This document shows, piece after piece, positions 60,161-64,000 of a stretch of 64,000 bases of DNA. The stretch spans positions 66,194 through 130,193 of the IMG/VR virus record IMGVR_UViG_2912874417_000004; one strand, given 5' to 3'. The position numbers and the translations under genes are program-made. A model generated the notes under the pieces. The model was given only the letters and a program-made list of their open reading frames with translations. It searched no databases and was not told the DNA's origin. How positions within the stretch are numbered: the stretch's first letter is position 1; every line of letters begins with the position of its first letter. Origin of the DNA: a virus. Its lineage: Duplodnaviria > Caudoviricetes.

Positions 60161-61213
60161 ATGCTCAATATGACAATTGCAGTGAAAAAGAGATTAGTTC
60201 CAAGTGAAAAATACGCCCTGAAATGTCCGAACCCAATGACACCGGAGTATATCACTATTCATAACACAGCAAACGACGCATCAGCCGCCAATGAAATCAG
60301 TTATATGACGGGAAACAGCGAATCGACAAGCTATCACTTTGCCATCGATGATAAAGAAGTCATTCAGGGGATTCCGCTGGATCGGAACGCTTGGCACTCT
60401 GGCGATGGAAGGAATGGAACCGGTAACCGTAAGTCTATCGCAGTAGAAATCTGCTACAGTAAGTCAGGTGGCGCGCGGTACCGCGCAGCAGAAGCGCTGG
60501 CTATCAAGTTTGTGGCGCAGCTTCTCAAAGAGCGCGGATGGGGCGTTGACAAAATCAGAAAGCATCAGGACTGGAACGGAAAATACTGTCCGCATCGTAT
60601 TCTGTCTGAGGGACGTTGGGATCAAGTGAAAGCGGCCATTACTGCAGAATTAAAAGTACTCGGCGGAAAAACTTCTTCCTCATCTTCAAAGCCAACAAAA
60701 GTCGTTAAAACAAATGGCTCTTATGTTAAGAACACAGTTATCGCAGACAGTCTTAATGTGAGAACTCAGCGCAATGCGAACTCCTCTATTGTACTTGCCC
60801 TTCCTAAAGGCTCCACTGTCCAATACCAAAAAGGATCAACTCAAAATGGTTGGGGTTATATCAAATATACAAACTCCAAAGGTGCTACATACAGCGGATA
60901 TGTAAATGTGAAATACATTAAAAGTGATGCTGAGCTTGGAAAATCAACCCCAAAGCCTAAACCCACTTCTAAGCCTGATAACAGTGGAATCAAATCTGTA
61001 GGCAAGATTAAAGTTGTCGGAGTAAAAAGCGCTGCTATCGTAATGGACAGACCTGATAAAAACAAAGCGAAGAATCTCGGCACTGTGGAGCTAGGTGATA
61101 CCGTCAGCATTTCTGGCTCAGTGAAAGGGTCAAACAATGCTAAGGGTTACTGGGAAGTTATCTACAAAGGTAAACGCGGCTACATTTCAGGACAATTTGG
61201 CTCAAAAATCTAA
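60161..61213 (+). CDS. endolysin: N-acetylmuramoyl-L-alanine amidase (Amidase_2) with SH3-type cell-wall-binding domains
   Basis: ITIHNTAN, SYHFAID, AWHSGDG, HQDWNGKYCPH; SH3b LNVR...GYV. Confidence 0.92.
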   Translation: MLNMTIAVKKRLVPSEKYALKCPNPMTPEYITIHNTANDASAANEISYMTGNSESTSYHFAIDDKEVIQGIPLDRNAWHSGDGRNGTGNRKSIAVEICYSKSGGARYRAAEALAIKFVAQLLKERGWGVDKIRKHQDWNGKYCPHRILSEGRWDQVKAAITAELKVLGGKTSSSSSKPTKVVKTNGSYVKNTVIADSLNVRTQRNANSSIVLALPKGSTVQYQKGSTQNGWGYIKYTNSKGATYSGYVNVKYIKSDAELGKSTPKPKPTSKPDNSGIKSVGKIKVVGVKSAAIVMDRPDKNKAKNLGTVELGDTVSISGSVKGSNNAKGYWEVIYKGKRGYISGQFGSKI

Positions 61214-61319
61214 ATATATTTAAATATCTTTGAGGATGATTGTAGCTCAAAGTGTATCAATGATTATTTAGGAGGTGATGTGACATTACCTCCTATTTTT
61301 TATGGAGGATGATTGCATT

Positions 61320-61691
61320 GTGGCTGAAAAAGAAAACTATGAAGTTTTAAAGACTGAGGTTGCTCATATAAAAGAACGTCTTAAAGAACAAGCAGAAGAT
61401 AGAAAAATCATGTTGGAAACACAAAAAACAACAAGTGAATCACTTATTAGACTTACCACTGTTGTTGAGAACCAAGAAAAAAACCTTGTTGAAACAAAAA
61501 ATTTGTTCACCACTGAGATAGCTGGACTAAGAAATGAATTTCAGCAAGTTAATCAGTCGCAAACAAAGTGGCTTCAAAACTTATTAGAAGGAACATTTGG
61601 CAAGACATTAAAGATTTTAGTTTTAATTATCCTCATACTACTTGGTGCAGAGATCGCTGGTGTTGATATCACCAAATTAGCTAATTTATAA
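61320..61691 (+). CDS. lysis-associated coiled-coil membrane protein (BhlA/XhlA-like position)
   Basis: Coiled coil plus C-terminal TM; GGAGGA RBS before GTG 61320. Confidence 0.6.
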   Translation: MAEKENYEVLKTEVAHIKERLKEQAEDRKIMLETQKTTSESLIRLTTVVENQEKNLVETKNLFTTEIAGLRNEFQQVNQSQTKWLQNLLEGTFGKTLKILVLIILILLGAEIAGVDITKLANL

Positions 61692-61703
61692 GGAGACGAT
61701 TTA

Positions 61704-61955
61704 ATGACTAAAATTAACTGGAAAGTAAGACTAAAAAAGAAAACATTCCTGGTTGCAATCTTCTCTGCAACTCTTTTGTTTGCACAAGCAATTGCATCAG
61801 CTTTTGGATACGATATTTCTGTGTTTAGTGATGATCTCACTGAGAAATTTAATGCACTGCTGACATTTTTAACTGCCATGGGAATTGTAGTGGATCCAAC
61901 CACTACAGGTATCTCAGATAGTGATCAAGCAATGGAATACACAGAACCAAAATAA
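61704..61955 (+). CDS. holin (phiLC3 family)
   Basis: INWKVRLKKKTF...GIVVDPTTTGISDS signature. Confidence 0.92.
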   Translation: MTKINWKVRLKKKTFLVAIFSATLLFAQAIASAFGYDISVFSDDLTEKFNALLTFLTAMGIVVDPTTTGISDSDQAMEYTEPK

Positions 61956-62006
61956 CTCGGGGGAGTTCATCCCCCCTTTTTTCATTTTTAATTAAGAAAG
62001 GAATGA

Positions 62007-62297
62007 TTGTTGGTCATGCAAATAGGATCTGGATATATCGGGAGTCCAATGCTTGAGAAGTCAGAATCTAACCATGAAGTGATCCCTTCCCCACCTGCAA
62101 CCTGGACGATTAAATATTCTTTCTATAAATTCAGCTTTTCGAATGATCAGGAATGCCACGTATCAATCAATGGTGGTGATCCTATCTATTTAAGAGCTGG
62201 ACAAGGCTTTCAAATGGACGCTCATGATTCACCTATCACAAGCTTCAAAATTTCTGAGTCAGGAATAACATATAATTTTTTGGGGGCGCATAAATGA
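62007..62297 (+). CDS. hypothetical protein
   Basis: 96 aa; AAAGGAA RBS; coupled to the next gene. Confidence 0.65.
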   Translation: MLVMQIGSGYIGSPMLEKSESNHEVIPSPPATWTIKYSFYKFSFSNDQECHVSINGGDPIYLRAGQGFQMDAHDSPITSFKISESGITYNFLGAHK

Positions 62298-62572
62298 GTT
62301 TCTTCAATCCAATGGTTAATGTCTCAATTGTCACTGGGAAGTCTGCTTATGATATTGCAGTAGACAATGGTTTTTCAGGAACTATAGAGGAATGGTTAGC
62401 TTCATTAAAAGGTGAAAAAGGCGATACTGGAGCTACTGGTGCAACCGGGGTTAAAGGTGCTACTGGTGCTGCCGGTAAAGATGGAAAATCAGCATATGAA
62501 TTAGCCGTTCAACAAGGTTTCTCAGGAACATTGGATGAGTGGCTTGCCTCACTGAAAGCAACAGCAAACTGA
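62294..62572 (+). CDS. collagen-like repeat protein
   Basis: Gly-X-Y run flanked by a duplicated GKSAY(D/E)xAVxxGFSGTxxEWLASLK. Confidence 0.8.
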   Translation: MSFFNPMVNVSIVTGKSAYDIAVDNGFSGTIEEWLASLKGEKGDTGATGATGVKGATGAAGKDGKSAYELAVQQGFSGTLDEWLASLKATAN

Positions 62573-62578
62573 TAACGT

Positions 62579-62608
62579 ACCCTTCTCTAACGAGGAGGGT
62601 ATTTTTTT
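62579..62608 (+). terminator. intrinsic terminator
   Basis: ACCCTTCTC-loop-GAGGAGGGT plus T run. Confidence 0.7.
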
Positions 62609-62723
62609 CGTTTCGGTCATAAACAAATTATTGATTTGTTTTTAATTTTCACTCAAATCCCCTTTACATTTCTTTCCTCTAATGCAACTATATAATAAAA
62701 TGGATATGAAAGGGGTTTAGGAC

Positions 62724-63884
62724 TTGAAGAGTGAAAAAGTCATTCCTTATGATTTAGTAGCAACAAAGATGAATCATTGGTATGTGGCTATTAAAAAGAA
62801 TTGGGTCGGTAGAGCAGAAGAAATGCGTAAAGAAGTTATGCAGGAAATAAAAGTTATGGAAGAAAATCAAGATGTTTTACTATACTACTCCCTACTTGAG
62901 TTTAGACATAAGCTAATGTTGGCATATATGTATCCTAACGCTATAAAAGATATTGAGAAAAATTATGGCGAGCTAAAAGAATATGAAGGTCATGGAAATT
63001 TAACAGGAATGCTGGAATATTACTATTACTTTTTCATGGGCATGTTCTATTTCAGACAAAAAGAGTTAACATTCTCCCTTAATTACTATAGACAAGCTGA
63101 GAGGTATTTGGATTCAATCGAGAGTGGAGATATTGAAGTTGAAAAAGCTGAATTTTATTTTAAATTGTCAGAAGTGTATTACCACATGAAACAGACTTAT
63201 TTTTCAATGAATTATGCCATGAGGGCTTACGATATATTTAAAAAACAACCTGCTATTGACGGGAACCCTACATACGGGGTACAAAAGGTGCGCTGTCAAT
63301 TCGTCATATTTGGTAATTTGCTGGACAGTATGAAGTTTGATGAAGCTTTAAAGCAAGCATACAAAGCGTATCAGGAGGCAGTAGAGCTAAACAAAAGTGA
63401 AAAGAATCGTGGGCATTTGATGCGTTCAGCACTGTTTAATATTGGATTGTGTTATAATCAAATGGAAGAACTTGATAAAGCATTTTTTCACTTTAATAAG
63501 TCACTTCAAATCATTGAGCCGGAAAATCATGATTACGCTGCTAAGACATTATTTGTTATCTCCTTCTTAAAGGGAAGGCAAAATGACGTTGAAAACGCAA
63601 AAAAATTTTATGAACAGGCCAAACAGCTGGCTGAACGGCATAACAATGAAATGGTACTTGAAAAGTTAAAAATGGTTAAAGGACTTTTCTTGGACTATGA
63701 TTTAGACTTAGTTAGGAAAACATTCGAGTTCTTCAAAGAAAGAGGTATATACCCTGACATGGAAAGTTATGGTGTCTCTGTAGCAGATTTTCTCACTGGA
63801 AAACAGGATGCTTGGGGTGCAGTTGAATTTTATCGTTTGGCAAATGAAGCAAGAAGACAAATCAAAAGGGGAGAAGCAATATGA
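62724..63884 (+). CDS. rap: Rap-family TPR response-regulator phosphatase/inhibitor
   Basis: IPYDLVATKMNHWY, MEENQDVLLYYSLLEFRH, LEYYYYFFMGM, EKAEFYFKLSEVYYHMKQTYFSM Rap motifs. Confidence 0.92.
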   Translation: MKSEKVIPYDLVATKMNHWYVAIKKNWVGRAEEMRKEVMQEIKVMEENQDVLLYYSLLEFRHKLMLAYMYPNAIKDIEKNYGELKEYEGHGNLTGMLEYYYYFFMGMFYFRQKELTFSLNYYRQAERYLDSIESGDIEVEKAEFYFKLSEVYYHMKQTYFSMNYAMRAYDIFKKQPAIDGNPTYGVQKVRCQFVIFGNLLDSMKFDEALKQAYKAYQEAVELNKSEKNRGHLMRSALFNIGLCYNQMEELDKAFFHFNKSLQIIEPENHDYAAKTLFVISFLKGRQNDVENAKKFYEQAKQLAERHNNEMVLEKLKMVKGLFLDYDLDLVRKTFEFFKERGIYPDMESYGVSVADFLTGKQDAWGAVEFYRLANEARRQIKRGEAI

Positions 63885-64000
63885 AAACTAAACTATTTAT
63901 CTGTGCAGTTCTATTATTCGGCGTTGCCGGAACATTGGGTGCTTCCTATCTCCAACAACAAAATGATACGTTCAAGGTTGCTGAAAGAGCCGAAACGTAA
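63881..64000 (+). CDS. phr: Phr signalling propeptide (39 aa; predicted mature ERAET)
   Basis: MKTKLFICAVLLFGVAGTLGASYLQQQNDTFKVAERAET*; ATGA overlap with rap; signal peptide; R at position 2 of the C-terminal pentapeptide. Confidence 0.88.
   Translation: MKTKLFICAVLLFGVAGTLGASYLQQQNDTFKVAERAET

Larger units (their letters stand above)
1..64000. mobile_element. SPbeta-like temperate phage/prophage (internal segment; ends not in window)
   Basis: Gene order yopE/F/G...yonV-yonT...yonO-yonN-yonK-yonJ...terminase-portal-capsid-tail-cwlP-lysis matches the SPbeta architecture; no host housekeeping genes. Confidence 0.96.

Noticed and set aside
27820-61903. Many short antisense or out-of-frame ORFs within structural genes
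   Set aside because: Fully overlap long genes with recognisable motifs; shadow ORFs
62724-64000. Arbitrium AimR/AimP
   Set aside because: The protein carries Rap-specific motifs and the peptide is Phr-type (xRxxT), not an AimP-type hexapeptide

Overview
The whole window is the central part of an SPbeta-like temperate siphophage or prophage of the Bacillus subtilis group. No att site or host gene is visible. Left part (1-18.5 kb, mostly - strand): an accessory and early region with yopG/F/E-like genes, XRE regulators, an O-acyltransferase, an Mrr-like nuclease, a HEPN-motif protein, a DNA methyltransferase plus polyvalent-protein pair, a YonV-like helicase, the yonT-yoyJ/SR6 type I toxin-antitoxin locus, and a tubR-tubZ (tubulin) pair next to a strand-skewed non-coding locus. 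Right part (18.6-64 kb, + strand): the YonO single-subunit RNA polymerase, HU, two strongly structured non-coding segments, yonK/yonJ, terminase-portal-capsid and tail genes, an intact tyrosine recombinase (YomM-like), the CwlP tape measure protein, baseplate and tail spike, the lysis cassette, and a Rap-Phr quorum-sensing pair (predicted peptide ERAET). Most notable unexplained structure: (1) a family of 11-6-11 bp palindromic sites (core ATAAAA-N6-TTTTAT) at gene junctions, with tyrosine-recombinase-site geometry; (2) about 590 nt and about 240 nt of candidate structured RNA at the head of the late operon; (3) a TubZ/TubR partition module in a phage family known for integrating. SPbeta gene names are assigned from synteny, recalled protein sizes and visible motifs, not from database searches.
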